From positions 4,479 to 68,478 of the forward strand of contig JAZQEI010000004.1 of assembly GCA_045538935.1 (NCBI GenBank): a stretch of 64,000 nt of DNA, in the 5' to 3' direction. Position numbers and translations under genes: made by a program. Origin of the DNA: Acutalibacteraceae bacterium. Its GTDB lineage: Bacteria > Bacillota > Clostridia > Oscillospirales > Acutalibacteraceae. The notes under the pieces are model-generated. The model did not search any database and was not told where the DNA came from. It saw only the letters and a list, made by a program, of their open reading frames with translations. Within the stretch, counting starts at the first letter, position 1, and each line of letters begins with the position of its first letter. Below are positions 26,921 through 35,804 of the stretch, one piece after another.

Positions 26921-28537
26921 TTACTTGTTTTTTGTTATTGCTTTAATAACAAGCAGAACGCCTATCATAAGGGCAATAGCGAGGGGAAGTAAAACGTATG
27001 CGCTCTGAACAAATGCTGCAATTACATATACTACAAACGATGTTGCAGCAACTGTTATAGCATAAGGTAACTGAGTCGATACGTGGTTAACGTGGTTAGA
27101 CTGGCTACCTGCAGAAGACATAATTGTTGTGTCAGAAATAGGCGAGCAGTGGTCGCCGCAAACAGCACCTGCAAGGCAAGCCGAAACGCCTATTATTAAA
27201 AGCTCGCTTGACGGATCGAAGATAGCGGTAACAATTGGAATAAGAATACCGAATGTGCCCCAAGATGTGCCTGTAGAAAAAGCAAGCACACAAGCAACTA
27301 AGAATATAATTGCCGGTAAGAAGTTTGCAAGACCCGCAGCGGCAGAGTCCATAAGAGCCTCAACAAATTCTGCAGCACCAAGTAAACCGGTCATGTTCTT
27401 AAGTGCAGTTGCAAAGGTTAAAATTAAAATTGCGGGCACCATTGCAATAAAGCCCTTGGGAATGCATTCCATAGCCTCTTTAAATGTAACAACTCTTCTT
27501 ATAATAAGGTAAACCATTGTAACAATTAAAGCTACTAAAGCGCCCCACGGAAGACCTACTGTTGCGTCGGTATTGCCGAATGCAGTAACAAAGTCGTCAC
27601 CTGCAAAGAATCCGCCAACATAAAGTAAACCTATAACCGATAAAACAACTAATACAATAACGGGTAAGATAAGATCAATAACTCTGCCTCTTGGGTTAGC
27701 ATCATCGCTGTCTACAGAGTCAGCAAACTCTTCGCCGCCACTTGTAAACAAATCACCGTTGGCGGCATTTAGTTCGTGTAATTTCATTGGACCGTAATCG
27801 AACTTCATTAAAGTTAAGGCTATTACAAATACTATCATAAGTAATGAATAGAAGTTGTAGGGAATAGCCTTTATAAATAACTCAATACCCGAAAAACCGG
27901 TACCCTCAGTAAATTCTGAAACAGCAGCAGCCCAAGAAGAAACGGGGGCTATCATACAAATAGGGGCGGCGGTTGCGTCAATAATAAAAGCGAATTTTGC
28001 ACGTGAGATTTTGTGGCTATCGGTAACAGGGCGCATAACGCTACCAACGGTTAAGCAGTTAAAGTAGTCGTCAATAAAGATTAAAACGCCAAGTGCAAAG
28101 GTAGCTAAAGCTGCGCCAACCCTTGTCTTAATATGTACCTTTGCCCAACGTCCGAACGCTGCCGAGCCGCCCGCCTTGTTTATAAGAGCAACAACTGAGC
28201 CTAAAATAACAAGGAAAATAAAGATACCGGCTGTACCAGATACGGCCGAGATTAAACCTTCATTAACTACGTTATCTAACGCTTTAACGGGGTTAAAGTC
28301 TGCCGAGAGCAAGCCGCCCAAAACAATACCTATAAACAAAGAAGAATAAACTTCTTTAGTTATAAGTGCAAGGACGATAGCAACAATAGGCGGAACGAGT
28401 GCCCAATATGTTGCAAAAAATTTTGAGACTTCTTCTACAGCTTCGCCGTCTGTTGCAAATGCGGCTAAAGGCATTACGCATACCAAAGCCAGAACAAAGG
28501 CCGCAATTAGCAGATTTTTTTTGCTAAAAATTTTCAT
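26921..28537 (-). CDS. NhaC-family Na+/H+ antiporter-type transporter
   Basis: ATG 28537 after AAGGAGG. Large polytopic protein with FFATYWALVPPIVAIVLALITKEV and CGDHCSPISDTTI motifs typical of NhaC-family proteins. The track start at 28576 was rejected. Confidence 0.75.
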   Translation of the reverse strand: MKIFSKKNLLIAAFVLALVCVMPLAAFATDGEAVEEVSKFFATYWALVPPIVAIVLALITKEVYSSLFIGIVLGGLLSADFNPVKALDNVVNEGLISAVSGTAGIFIFLVILGSVVALINKAGGSAAFGRWAKVHIKTRVGAALATFALGVLIFIDDYFNCLTVGSVMRPVTDSHKISRAKFAFIIDATAAPICMIAPVSSWAAAVSEFTEGTGFSGIELFIKAIPYNFYSLLMIVFVIALTLMKFDYGPMKLHELNAANGDLFTSGGEEFADSVDSDDANPRGRVIDLILPVIVLVVLSVIGLLYVGGFFAGDDFVTAFGNTDATVGLPWGALVALIVTMVYLIIRRVVTFKEAMECIPKGFIAMVPAILILTFATALKNMTGLLGAAEFVEALMDSAAAGLANFLPAIIFLVACVLAFSTGTSWGTFGILIPIVTAIFDPSSELLIIGVSACLAGAVCGDHCSPISDTTIMSSAGSQSNHVNHVSTQLPYAITVAATSFVVYVIAAFVQSAYVLLPLAIALMIGVLLVIKAITKNK

Positions 28538-28550
28538 GTTTTTCCTCCTT

Positions 28551-28598
28551 AAAGAAAAATAAAACAAAAGGCACAAGAACCAAAGAAGCCCCTATGCC
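28551..28598 (-). promoter_or_regulatory. terminator-like hairpin plus U-run in the 5' leader of the NhaC-type gene
   Basis: On the minus-strand RNA: GGCAUAGGGGC-uucuuug-GUUCUUGUGCC (11 pairs including G-U) followed by UUUUGUUUUAUUUUUCUUU. It ends just before the AAGGAGG RBS. Confidence 0.4.
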
Positions 28599-28654
28599 AA
28601 AACGGCAGAAAACGAGCCGCAAAAAGTTTTACATTTCTTTTTTTTACAAGGTCA

Positions 28655-28683
28655 ATGTTACCATAGTAGACATATAGTGTCAA
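28655..28683 (-). promoter_or_regulatory. sigma-A type promoter for the NhaC-type gene
   Basis: Minus strand TTGACA (28683-28678), 17-nt spacer, TAACAT (28660-28655). This predicts a leader of about 110 nt. Confidence 0.5.
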
Positions 28684-28708
28684 CAATTTTTTACATAATA
28701 TGTTAGTT

Positions 28709-29497
28709 TTAACCAAATAGATTTAAAGCGTTTTTGTAAGCAATTTTTTCAAAATCGTTTTGGCTTAAACCTAAAGAGTTTAGCATTCTAAGTTCCATAT
28801 CGGCGGTGTGCCACGGGCAGTCGGTACCGAATAGTATTTTATCACACCCATGCTTTTCAATTATTTTTTCTAAATAATACTTTGGCATTGATGCATAAGA
28901 AAATGCCGTATCAAAATAAATATCGGTACCACATAGCTTTTCTAACACTTCTTCACTGCAGTTTAGCCCGCCCATATGAGCGGCAACAACCGGAGAATCA
29001 AACCAAGAAAAAGCTTTTAACATGCTGTCGGGCATTGCTTTGTATGGCGGAGCAAATCCGTAATCCAGCCCGGCGTGAAAAACGGTAATAAGACCAAGAG
29101 AAGATATTTTTTTATATATTGGTTTTAACTTTTCGTCATCTACAAAAAAGCCTTGGTAGTCGGGGTGTAATTTTACGCCCATAAGGCCTAGTTCTTTTAT
29201 GCGCTCAAGTTCTTCTAAGGCGTTTTCGGCAAATGGGAAAACAGAGCCAAATGCAATTATTTTAGGATCTTTGTTTATTTGGGCCGCAAAATCGTTTACG
29301 CTTTGCATTTGATGTGCATTTGTAGCAATACTAAGCACAACAGATTTGTCTACATTTGTATTGTGCATAACCTGCTTCAAACTGTTAAGAGTGCCATCAG
29401 TATGGTTCTTTAGCCCGCCGGATACATGGGTTAATTTATCTATTGCTCCTTTTGCGATTTTATCCGGAAAACAATGAGTATGAAAATCTATAAGCAT
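28709..29497 (-). CDS. amidohydrolase-family metal-dependent hydrolase
   Basis: N-terminal MLIDFHTHCFPDKIA (HxH metal motif), VAAHMGG and a C-terminal FGTDCPW. I took the start as ATG 29497. TTG 29521 is an alternative. Confidence 0.7.
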   Translation of the reverse strand: MLIDFHTHCFPDKIAKGAIDKLTHVSGGLKNHTDGTLNSLKQVMHNTNVDKSVVLSIATNAHQMQSVNDFAAQINKDPKIIAFGSVFPFAENALEELERIKELGLMGVKLHPDYQGFFVDDEKLKPIYKKISSLGLITVFHAGLDYGFAPPYKAMPDSMLKAFSWFDSPVVAAHMGGLNCSEEVLEKLCGTDIYFDTAFSYASMPKYYLEKIIEKHGCDKILFGTDCPWHTADMELRMLNSLGLSQNDFEKIAYKNALNLFG

Positions 29498-29623
29498 ATA
29501 AAACACTAGCCTTTCTAACAATTATTATAAACCTAAATAGTAACTTTTACAAATAAAATCTTTATTTTATGGTTGACAACCCTTGTATTTAAGATATAAA
29601 ATCGTACAAAAGGAGGAATAAAA

Positions 29624-30268
29624 GTGTACACCAAACATACCTTTAAGTCCGATAAGTTTTTTAATTTCAACTACGTTCAGTATTTGCCTAAAGATTATGA
29701 TCCTAATAAAAAATATCCGCTAGTATTCTTTTTGCACGGTGCGGGGGAACGCGGTGACGATTTAGATGTTGCGATGCGTAATGGATATATGAAACATGTG
29801 CGTGAGAGCGGAAAAGAATATCCGTTTATATTTATTGGTCCGCAATGCCCATTTGAAAAATATTGGGGCTGTTATACAGAATCGCTTTTGGGCTTTTTAG
29901 ATTACATAATGCAAACTTTACCCATAGATGAGGACAGAGTTTATCTTACAGGTCTTAGCATGGGCGGTACGGGAACATTTATGCTTGCAATGGCGGCACC
30001 CGACCGTTTTGCAGCCTTAGCTCCTGTTTGCGGCACAGGTATTTATTGGCACGCTTGTGTTATAAGACATATACCTATATATATTTACCATGGTGACTGC
30101 GACGACATTGTACCGCTTTATGAATCTACAAATATGTTAAGAGCCCTTAACAGTGGCGGTGGTACCGCTAAAATAAAGGTTTTACATGGCGAAGGCCACG
30201 GGGCTTGGGAAGCGGCGTATTCAGATGATGAACTTTTAGAGTGGATGTTAAGCCAAAGAAGAAAGTAA
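29624..30268 (+). CDS. alpha/beta-hydrolase esterase (phospholipase/carboxylesterase-like)
   Basis: GTG start after AAAGGAGG. FFLHGAGERG, nucleophile elbow GLSMGG, and HGDCDDIVP and GEGHGAW completing the triad. Confidence 0.75.
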   Translation: MYTKHTFKSDKFFNFNYVQYLPKDYDPNKKYPLVFFLHGAGERGDDLDVAMRNGYMKHVRESGKEYPFIFIGPQCPFEKYWGCYTESLLGFLDYIMQTLPIDEDRVYLTGLSMGGTGTFMLAMAAPDRFAALAPVCGTGIYWHACVIRHIPIYIYHGDCDDIVPLYESTNMLRALNSGGGTAKIKVLHGEGHGAWEAAYSDDELLEWMLSQRRK

Positions 30269-30324
30269 AAAACAAAAGGACTTGAGAGGTGTTTCTCTCA
30301 AGTCCTAAAAAAGTTTTGTGGTAA

Positions 30325-30564
30325 TTATTTTACTATGCCACAGTAGTTTAGTACTGTTAAAACAATACCTGCAGTAACATAAAGCTCAACTACAGTGCCT
30401 GTTACATAGGTAACAAGACCAACAAGTGGTAATCTTCCCAAAATGGCAAGCAATACACCAATAATTGCTGCCGCAACAACATAAATTACGATGTTTATTA
30501 CTAAAGCTTTAACATCTGGCTTTTCTTTAAAAGAAAAAGGGAATATTTTTTTTAATGTATCCAA
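30325..30564 (-). CDS. small membrane protein (2 TM), unknown function
   Basis: TTG 30564 lies 9 nt after AAGGAG. The track start at 30603 has no RBS. Two hydrophobic helices. Confidence 0.5.
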   Translation of the reverse strand: MDTLKKIFPFSFKEKPDVKALVINIVIYVVAAAIIGVLLAILGRLPLVGLVTYVTGTVVELYVTAGIVLTVLNYCGIVK

Positions 30565-30657
30565 TATAAAAACTCCTTTATATGTTTTTTTATATTTTAA
30601 CATAAAACTACAAAAAATGCAAGTTTGTTAAGTCTATACTTTGTAGGAGGTGCCATT

Positions 30658-31536
30658 ATGCCCAAAAGTTATACATCTGTAAATGAATATAATTTTAAAA
30701 AATACGGCTGTAAGGTATATAAACTTAGTATAAATGCAGGTTTTTCTTGTCCTAATCGTGATGGCACTTGCGGAAAAGACGGTTGTATTTTTTGTTCCGA
30801 GAGTGGCTCTGGCGAGTTCGCTGTAAGCGGTTCTGATATTTTAAATCAGCTTGAAAATGCCAAAAAAAGAGTAGAAAGCAAAATCAAAAGCGGCAAATAT
30901 ATAGCATACTTTCAAGCTTACACAAACACCTATGCGCCAATAGAGGTGTTAAAAGAAAAATATTTAAAGGCAATAGAGCCAGATTATATAGTTGGCATTA
31001 GCATTGCAACTCGTCCCGACTGTTTGGGTTACGACGTAATAAATTTGCTTAATCAAATAAACAAAATTAAGCCCGTAACGGTAGAGCTGGGGTTTCAAAC
31101 TTCTAACGAGCAAACTGCGGTTTATTTAAGACGCGGTTATAAAAACGATGTTTACAAAAAAGCGGTAGAAAATTTACGGGCCAAAAATATAGAGGTTGTA
31201 ACCCATATAATATTAGGCTTACCCGGTGAAAATGAACAAGATATGCTAAACACAACGCGCTTTGTTGTAGACTCTGGCAGTAATGGTGTTAAGTTTCATA
31301 TGCTTTATGTATTGCGGGGTACCGATTTAGCAACCGAATACGAGCAGGGCAAATTTAAGTGCTTAGAGTTAGAGGAATATGCTAATATTTTAAAGCAATG
31401 TATTAACATTTTGCCCCAAAATGTAGTTGTACACCGAATAACAGGTGACGGTAAAAAGGCCGATTTAATAGCTCCAAAATGGTCAGAAAACAAAAAGAAA
31501 GTACTAAATTTTTTAAATAACGCTTTAAATCGTTGA
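30658..31536 (+). CDS. TIGR01212-family radical SAM protein (YhcC-like)
   Basis: ATG 30658 after GGAGGTG. SINAGFSCPNRDGTCGKDGCIFC is the characteristic Cys cluster of this family. Confidence 0.85.
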   Translation: MPKSYTSVNEYNFKKYGCKVYKLSINAGFSCPNRDGTCGKDGCIFCSESGSGEFAVSGSDILNQLENAKKRVESKIKSGKYIAYFQAYTNTYAPIEVLKEKYLKAIEPDYIVGISIATRPDCLGYDVINLLNQINKIKPVTVELGFQTSNEQTAVYLRRGYKNDVYKKAVENLRAKNIEVVTHIILGLPGENEQDMLNTTRFVVDSGSNGVKFHMLYVLRGTDLATEYEQGKFKCLELEEYANILKQCINILPQNVVVHRITGDGKKADLIAPKWSENKKKVLNFLNNALNR

Positions 31537-31602
31537 ATTATGCTTGATTTATGGTAATATTTAGTGTAAAATATTTTTAATAGTTTGTTGAAATTTAAGG
31601 AG

Positions 31603-33162
31603 ATGAAAATTTTGATTATTAATGATTGGATAATATTAATAGCGATGGCACTTTATATGATTATGATGGTTGCTATTGGTGCTAGTATGTCTAAGAAAAA
31701 CAAAACCTCAAGTGACTTTTATCTTGGTGGCAGAAAATTAGGCCCTTTAGTAACCGCTATGAGTGCCGAAGCATCTGACATGAGCGGTTGGTTGCTTATG
31801 GGTCTGCCCGCAGTTGCGTTAATGGGCGGTTTGGCAGAGGCGAGCTGGACAGCTATTGGTCTTGCTATTGGTACCTATATTAACTGGCTTATAGTAGCAA
31901 AAAGACTTAGAGTATATAGCCATAAAATAGATGCCTTTACCTTGCCCGACTTCTTTACTCGCCGTTTTGGTGATAAGAGCCGTTTGCTTACAATAATTGC
32001 TGCTTTAATTATAGTGGTATTCTTTGTGCCCTATACAGCATCGGGATTTGCTGCATGCGGTAAACTCTTTGCGGGCTTCTTTGGTATGGATTATGTTTTA
32101 GCCATGGTGCTAAGTGCCGCAGTTATTATTATTTATTGCACACTCGGCGGCTTTTTGGCTGCTTCTACCACCGACTTTATTCAAAGTATAGTTATGACAA
32201 TTGCTTTATTTGTAGTTATTGGCTTTACAGAGGGCCTTGCAGGTGGTTTTGGTACCGTAATTCAAAATGTTGCCGGCCTTAATGGCTACCTAGATTTATT
32301 CAAGGGCTTCTCGGTTGAAACTGCAACCACAGGCTCTTACGGTGCATTGCCCGTAGCATCTACTTTAGCTTGGGGCCTTGGATACTTTGGTATGCCTCAT
32401 ATTCTTTTAAGATTTATGGCTATTGAAGATGAAAATAAATTAAAACTTTCCCGTAGAGTTGCAAGCGTTTGGGTTGTAATTTCTATGGGCGTTGCAGTGC
32501 TTATTGGTGTTATTGGTTACACGCTTATGAAGAATGGTGTTTTACCGCAATATGCAAATGCTTCTGCTGCCGAAACAATTATAGTAGATATTGCCAAGGT
32601 TATGAGCCGTTACGGTTTTGTTCCTGCATTTGTTGGCGGTATAATTTTGGCTGGTATTTTGGCATCTACAATGTCCACAGCCGATTCTCAGTTACTTGCT
32701 GCAGCGTCTAGCATTTCACAGAACTTAGCACAAGAAGCATTTGGAATTAAGCTTACACAAAAGAAATCCATGTGGCTTGCAAGAATATCGGTTATAGTAA
32801 TTTCTATTATTGCCATATTCTTGGCGCTTGATGAAAAGAGTTCGGTATTTAAAATAGTATCGTTTGCTTGGGCTGGCTTTGGTGCCGCATTTGGCCCGGT
32901 TATGCTTTGCGCATTGTTCTGGAAGCGCACAACTGCCGCAGGTGCAATATCTGGTATGATATCGGGCGGCGTTATGATATTCTTCTGGAAGTTTGTTGTA
33001 AGAGATATTTTCGCAGGTACTGTATTAGATATCTACGAACTTTTACCCGCATTTATAATAGCTCTAATTGTAATAGTCGTTGTAAGCTTGCTTACCAAAA
33101 AGCCAAACGATGAAATTGTTGCAACCTTTGACGAGGTAGACGCTCTTATAAAGCAAAAGTAA
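31603..33162 (+). CDS. putP: sodium:proline symporter (SSS family)
   Basis: SDFYLGGRKLGPLVTAMSAEASDMSGWLLMGLP is the PutP/SSS signature. The start is uncertain: ATG 31603 abuts the AAGGAG RBS, while TTG 31612 has better spacing. Confidence 0.85.
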   Translation: MKILIINDWIILIAMALYMIMMVAIGASMSKKNKTSSDFYLGGRKLGPLVTAMSAEASDMSGWLLMGLPAVALMGGLAEASWTAIGLAIGTYINWLIVAKRLRVYSHKIDAFTLPDFFTRRFGDKSRLLTIIAALIIVVFFVPYTASGFAACGKLFAGFFGMDYVLAMVLSAAVIIIYCTLGGFLAASTTDFIQSIVMTIALFVVIGFTEGLAGGFGTVIQNVAGLNGYLDLFKGFSVETATTGSYGALPVASTLAWGLGYFGMPHILLRFMAIEDENKLKLSRRVASVWVVISMGVAVLIGVIGYTLMKNGVLPQYANASAAETIIVDIAKVMSRYGFVPAFVGGIILAGILASTMSTADSQLLAAASSISQNLAQEAFGIKLTQKKSMWLARISVIVISIIAIFLALDEKSSVFKIVSFAWAGFGAAFGPVMLCALFWKRTTAAGAISGMISGGVMIFFWKFVVRDIFAGTVLDIYELLPAFIIALIVIVVVSLLTKKPNDEIVATFDEVDALIKQK

Positions 33163-33177
33163 GGCAAATAAAATTAT

Positions 33178-33210
33178 AAAAAGAGATGTGAATTTCACAT
33201 CTCTTTTTTC
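33178..33210 (+). terminator. rho-independent terminator (hairpin family AGAGATGTGAA/TTCACATCTCT, copy 1)
   Basis: AAAAAGAGATGTG aattt CACATCTCTTTTTT. Confidence 0.85.
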
Positions 33211-33263
33211 TTTACAAATAAGGGTATTTGTGTTAAAATAAAGCTTAAATAAAAGCGACGATT

Positions 33264-33467
33264 TTATTTATCTTCAATAAAAATGATGACTTCTTCAACC
33301 TTACAGTGTAAAATTGTGCAAAGGTCATTAAGGGTAACCGTGCTAATAGGACGGTTGTGCTTTAACCTGTCAATTAAGCTTCTGCTTATGCCGTAATTTG
33401 TTATTAATTTGTAAGTGGAAATATTTTTTTCTTTTAAAGTTTTATATAAAGGCTCATAAGAAATCAT
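33264..33467 (-). CDS. small XRE-type helix-turn-helix DNA-binding protein
   Basis: ATG 33467 after GAGGTGA. 67 aa with ISTYKLITNYGISRSLIDRLKHNRPISTVTLNDLC, an HTH_26/YozG-like pattern. Confidence 0.75.
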   Translation of the reverse strand: MISYEPLYKTLKEKNISTYKLITNYGISRSLIDRLKHNRPISTVTLNDLCTILHCKVEEVIIFIEDK

Positions 33468-33568
33468 CAAATCACCTCTCATACAGTATCATAATTTATG
33501 CTCGTTTCCTTGACAATGCTCTACAAAACGAGTATAATTATAAACAAAATAAGAAAGGCGGCGGTTTT

Positions 33569-35098
33569 TTGAAGAGATTTATTGCATTGAGTTTAGTATT
33601 CTTAATTTTTGTGTGTTGCTTTTCCGGTTGCAAACAACAAGTTATTACAATAGAGGAAGAAATAGAGGTGTCGGGTAGTGATGTAACCGATGTATCGGAT
33701 AACGAGACTGAAACCGAGGAACAATCGTCGTCTGATAACAAACCTACGGGCAATTCGGGGGGAAGTGGCGGTAATAAAACACCCACCACAAGTAACGGTT
33801 CACCCTCACAAAGCACAAATAACGGTGGCGGTGGTAATGCCCCTACCGATTCAAACGAATCTTCTGAACCAACATACAGTGTAAATATAGGCACACAGTC
33901 TGATATAGATTTTAAAGGCGCCACCGTTACGATTGCTTCTTACAGTCAAACTCTAGAGCCTAAAAAGACATCTAAAACCTACGATCTTGAAACCGAGCTT
34001 ATAAGGCAAATAGAGGAAAAATACAACTGTAAAATCGAATATCGTTGCATAGCCGATTCTGTGGTGTATTATAGTAGTTTTTGTATTCAAGCAATGGCCG
34101 GCACCAAATTTGCCGATATTGCAAAACTTCCGGGTGAGCAATCTTTTCCGAATGCTGCGCTAGAGGGTTATGTGCGTTGCTTAGACGGCAAGTTCGACTG
34201 GAATAGCGATATGTTTGTAAAAAAGCTAAACAACGAAGTGTTGACACTAAAGAATAAACACTATTATTTAGCATTAAAAGACAATGCATTATCGCTTACG
34301 GGTAACGGAATTGCCTTTAGGAAGAGCCTTTTTTTAAAGTTTAACATTGCTGATCCGTATTATCATGTGCTTGTGGATAATTGGACTTGGGATACATTCT
34401 TAGAAACCTGTAAACAAATGACCCGTAAAGTCGGCTATGACCAATACTACGGTATGCCAACTGCATCGATTATGTTTTCGTCTAATAATGTTAAAACCGC
34501 ATATCGCGAGGCCGAAGGTAAGTACCGTTTTAACCTTAATAGCCCCGATGCTATAGAGTGTATTGAGTTTGGCAAAAAACTTTACGATTTGGGTTATGTT
34601 CCCGAATGGAATGGTTCGAGCCTTTGGGATGCAGAGAGGGTAGCGATGACTCCGGCATCGTGGTATCTTCTTGACGGTGATGAGGATGTTGGATTTGTGT
34701 ATTATCCAAAAGGTCCTAAGGCTAACGATTATGCGTATAATAGCGCAAACATGCCGCTTGTGGTAGTACCAAGCGGTGTAAAAGATTCTGAGTTTGACGG
34801 TGTTTGCGAAATTATTAAAGATTTCTTTGGCGCTTATAACTGGAAGCCAACAGTAAAAGAACAACTTAAACAATATACTGACGATGAAAAAGCGTTAGAT
34901 ATTTTAACCGACACTGCCCAGCGTGCAATGAACGCAAACTATTGGGACACATATTATGCGTTCATTTCACATGAAATACTGTGGACTGATTATGGTATTT
35001 CTACCGGTACCGAGCCTAAGGCTTTTATGGATTCGGTAAAGGACAGAGCCCAAGAAGAGATTGATGATACGTGGGAAAAATATTCTCAGTTACCATAA
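33569..35098 (+). CDS. orphan lipoprotein, extracellular solute-binding-protein-like
   Basis: TTG 33569. Lipobox FSGC|K, a long S/G/N/T-rich linker, then a domain of about 380 aa with the look of ABC family-1 sugar-binding proteins. No permease or ATPase genes are adjacent. The track start at 33398 would overlap the XRE gene and was rejected. Confidence 0.6.
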   Translation: MKRFIALSLVFLIFVCCFSGCKQQVITIEEEIEVSGSDVTDVSDNETETEEQSSSDNKPTGNSGGSGGNKTPTTSNGSPSQSTNNGGGGNAPTDSNESSEPTYSVNIGTQSDIDFKGATVTIASYSQTLEPKKTSKTYDLETELIRQIEEKYNCKIEYRCIADSVVYYSSFCIQAMAGTKFADIAKLPGEQSFPNAALEGYVRCLDGKFDWNSDMFVKKLNNEVLTLKNKHYYLALKDNALSLTGNGIAFRKSLFLKFNIADPYYHVLVDNWTWDTFLETCKQMTRKVGYDQYYGMPTASIMFSSNNVKTAYREAEGKYRFNLNSPDAIECIEFGKKLYDLGYVPEWNGSSLWDAERVAMTPASWYLLDGDEDVGFVYYPKGPKANDYAYNSANMPLVVVPSGVKDSEFDGVCEIIKDFFGAYNWKPTVKEQLKQYTDDEKALDILTDTAQRAMNANYWDTYYAFISHEILWTDYGISTGTEPKAFMDSVKDRAQEEIDDTWEKYSQLP

Positions 35099-35105
35099 AA
35101 AACAA

Positions 35106-35146
35106 AAGAGATGTGAAACTTTAAGTTTCACATCTCTTCTTTTTTT
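35106..35146. terminator. bidirectional terminator (hairpin family copy 2)
   Basis: AAGAGATGTGAAACT tta AGTTTCACATCTCTT followed by CTTTTTTT. The right arm encodes the last codons of queH on the opposite strand. Confidence 0.8.
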
Positions 35147-35745
35147 GTATTATTTTTTGAATATATACACCCGCAGTAGTTTTGGCGGTATAGTGAATAC
35201 TCGTTTGAAAGTTCAATACTGCGCTTGTAGCCGTTTTTCTTTTTAAAGTCTGAAAATAAATATTCTACGCCGTATTCTTTGCCAACCTCGGCGCCTATTG
35301 TATTTAATTTTTCGGCATTTTTAAGTGGGCTGATAGATAGTGTTGTGCAAAAATAATCAAACCCTAATTCTTTTGCCTTTTTGGCGGCATATTCCAGTCT
35401 TAGCCTGTAGCATTTTTCGCACCGCGCGCCGCCCTCTTTTTCACGCTCTAAGCCCTTTGCAACTTCAAAAAACTCACGCGGTTCATATTCACCCTCTAAA
35501 AACTCAACTTGATTCTCAAGAGGCATTTCGCTTATAAGCCGTTTTTGCTCTTTTACCCTTAAAGAATATTCTTCGCGTTCGGTAATGTTGGGGTTATAGT
35601 AAAAAACAGTTATTTTAAAATAGCGGCTTAAGTATTCTAACACATAGCTAGAGCAAGGTGCGCAACAGCTATGCAGCAGTAGGGTAGGGATACGACCGTT
35701 AAGTGTGCTGATAGTTTTATCAAGTCGTAACTGATAATTCTCCAT
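35128..35745 (-). CDS. queH: epoxyqueuosine reductase QueH (DUF208)
   Basis: LLLHSCCAPCSSYVLE and FYYNPNI plus the C-terminal CGC cluster match QueH. Confidence 0.85.
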   Translation of the reverse strand: MENYQLRLDKTISTLNGRIPTLLLHSCCAPCSSYVLEYLSRYFKITVFYYNPNITEREEYSLRVKEQKRLISEMPLENQVEFLEGEYEPREFFEVAKGLEREKEGGARCEKCYRLRLEYAAKKAKELGFDYFCTTLSISPLKNAEKLNTIGAEVGKEYGVEYLFSDFKKKNGYKRSIELSNEYSLYRQNYCGCIYSKNNTKKEEM

Positions 35746-35768
35746 AATTCACCTATAATTATTATTTT

Positions 35769-35800
35769 AAAACCCGTATTGCAAGGCAAATACGGGTTTT
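35769..35800 (-). terminator. hairpin between the CNNM/TlyC gene and queH (weak terminator)
   Basis: AAAACCCGTATT gcaaggca AATACGGGTTTT. Only a short U-run follows on the minus-strand transcript. Confidence 0.35.
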
Positions 35801-35804
35801 GTAA

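Noticed and set aside
27129-27512. This 127-aa plus-strand ORF, and similar track ORFs, as candidate genes. The similar ORFs include 9503-9883, 33538-33924, 36001-36966, 38508-39524, 39990-40403, 49728-50108, 50794-51198 and 61748-62077.
   Set aside because: All lie entirely inside longer, motif-supported genes on the opposite strand or in another frame. They lack RBSs and have low-complexity or Ala/Ser/Pro-rich shadow-frame composition.
32469-33113. Cys/Arg/Tyr-rich plus-strand ORFs (32469-32711 and 32868-33113) inside putP.
   Set aside because: These are out-of-frame readings of the putP coding sequence. Their composition (many C, R, Y, W) is typical of off-frame translation and they have no initiation signals.
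33398-33568. The long N-terminal extension of the lipoprotein ORF given by the ORF track (start 33398).
   Set aside because: It would overlap the oppositely oriented XRE gene, and it encodes non-protein-like sequence before the signal peptide. TTG 33569 is followed immediately by a canonical lipoprotein signal (KRFIALSLVFLIFVCCFSGC).
35746-35804. A possible preQ1 riboswitch in front of queH (a hairpin followed by an A-rich tail).
   Set aside because: The hairpin loop and tail do not resemble the conserved preQ1-I loop/tail sequence I know. The element sits directly after the stop of the upstream co-directional gene, so it is more simply a weak terminator or operon-internal hairpin.
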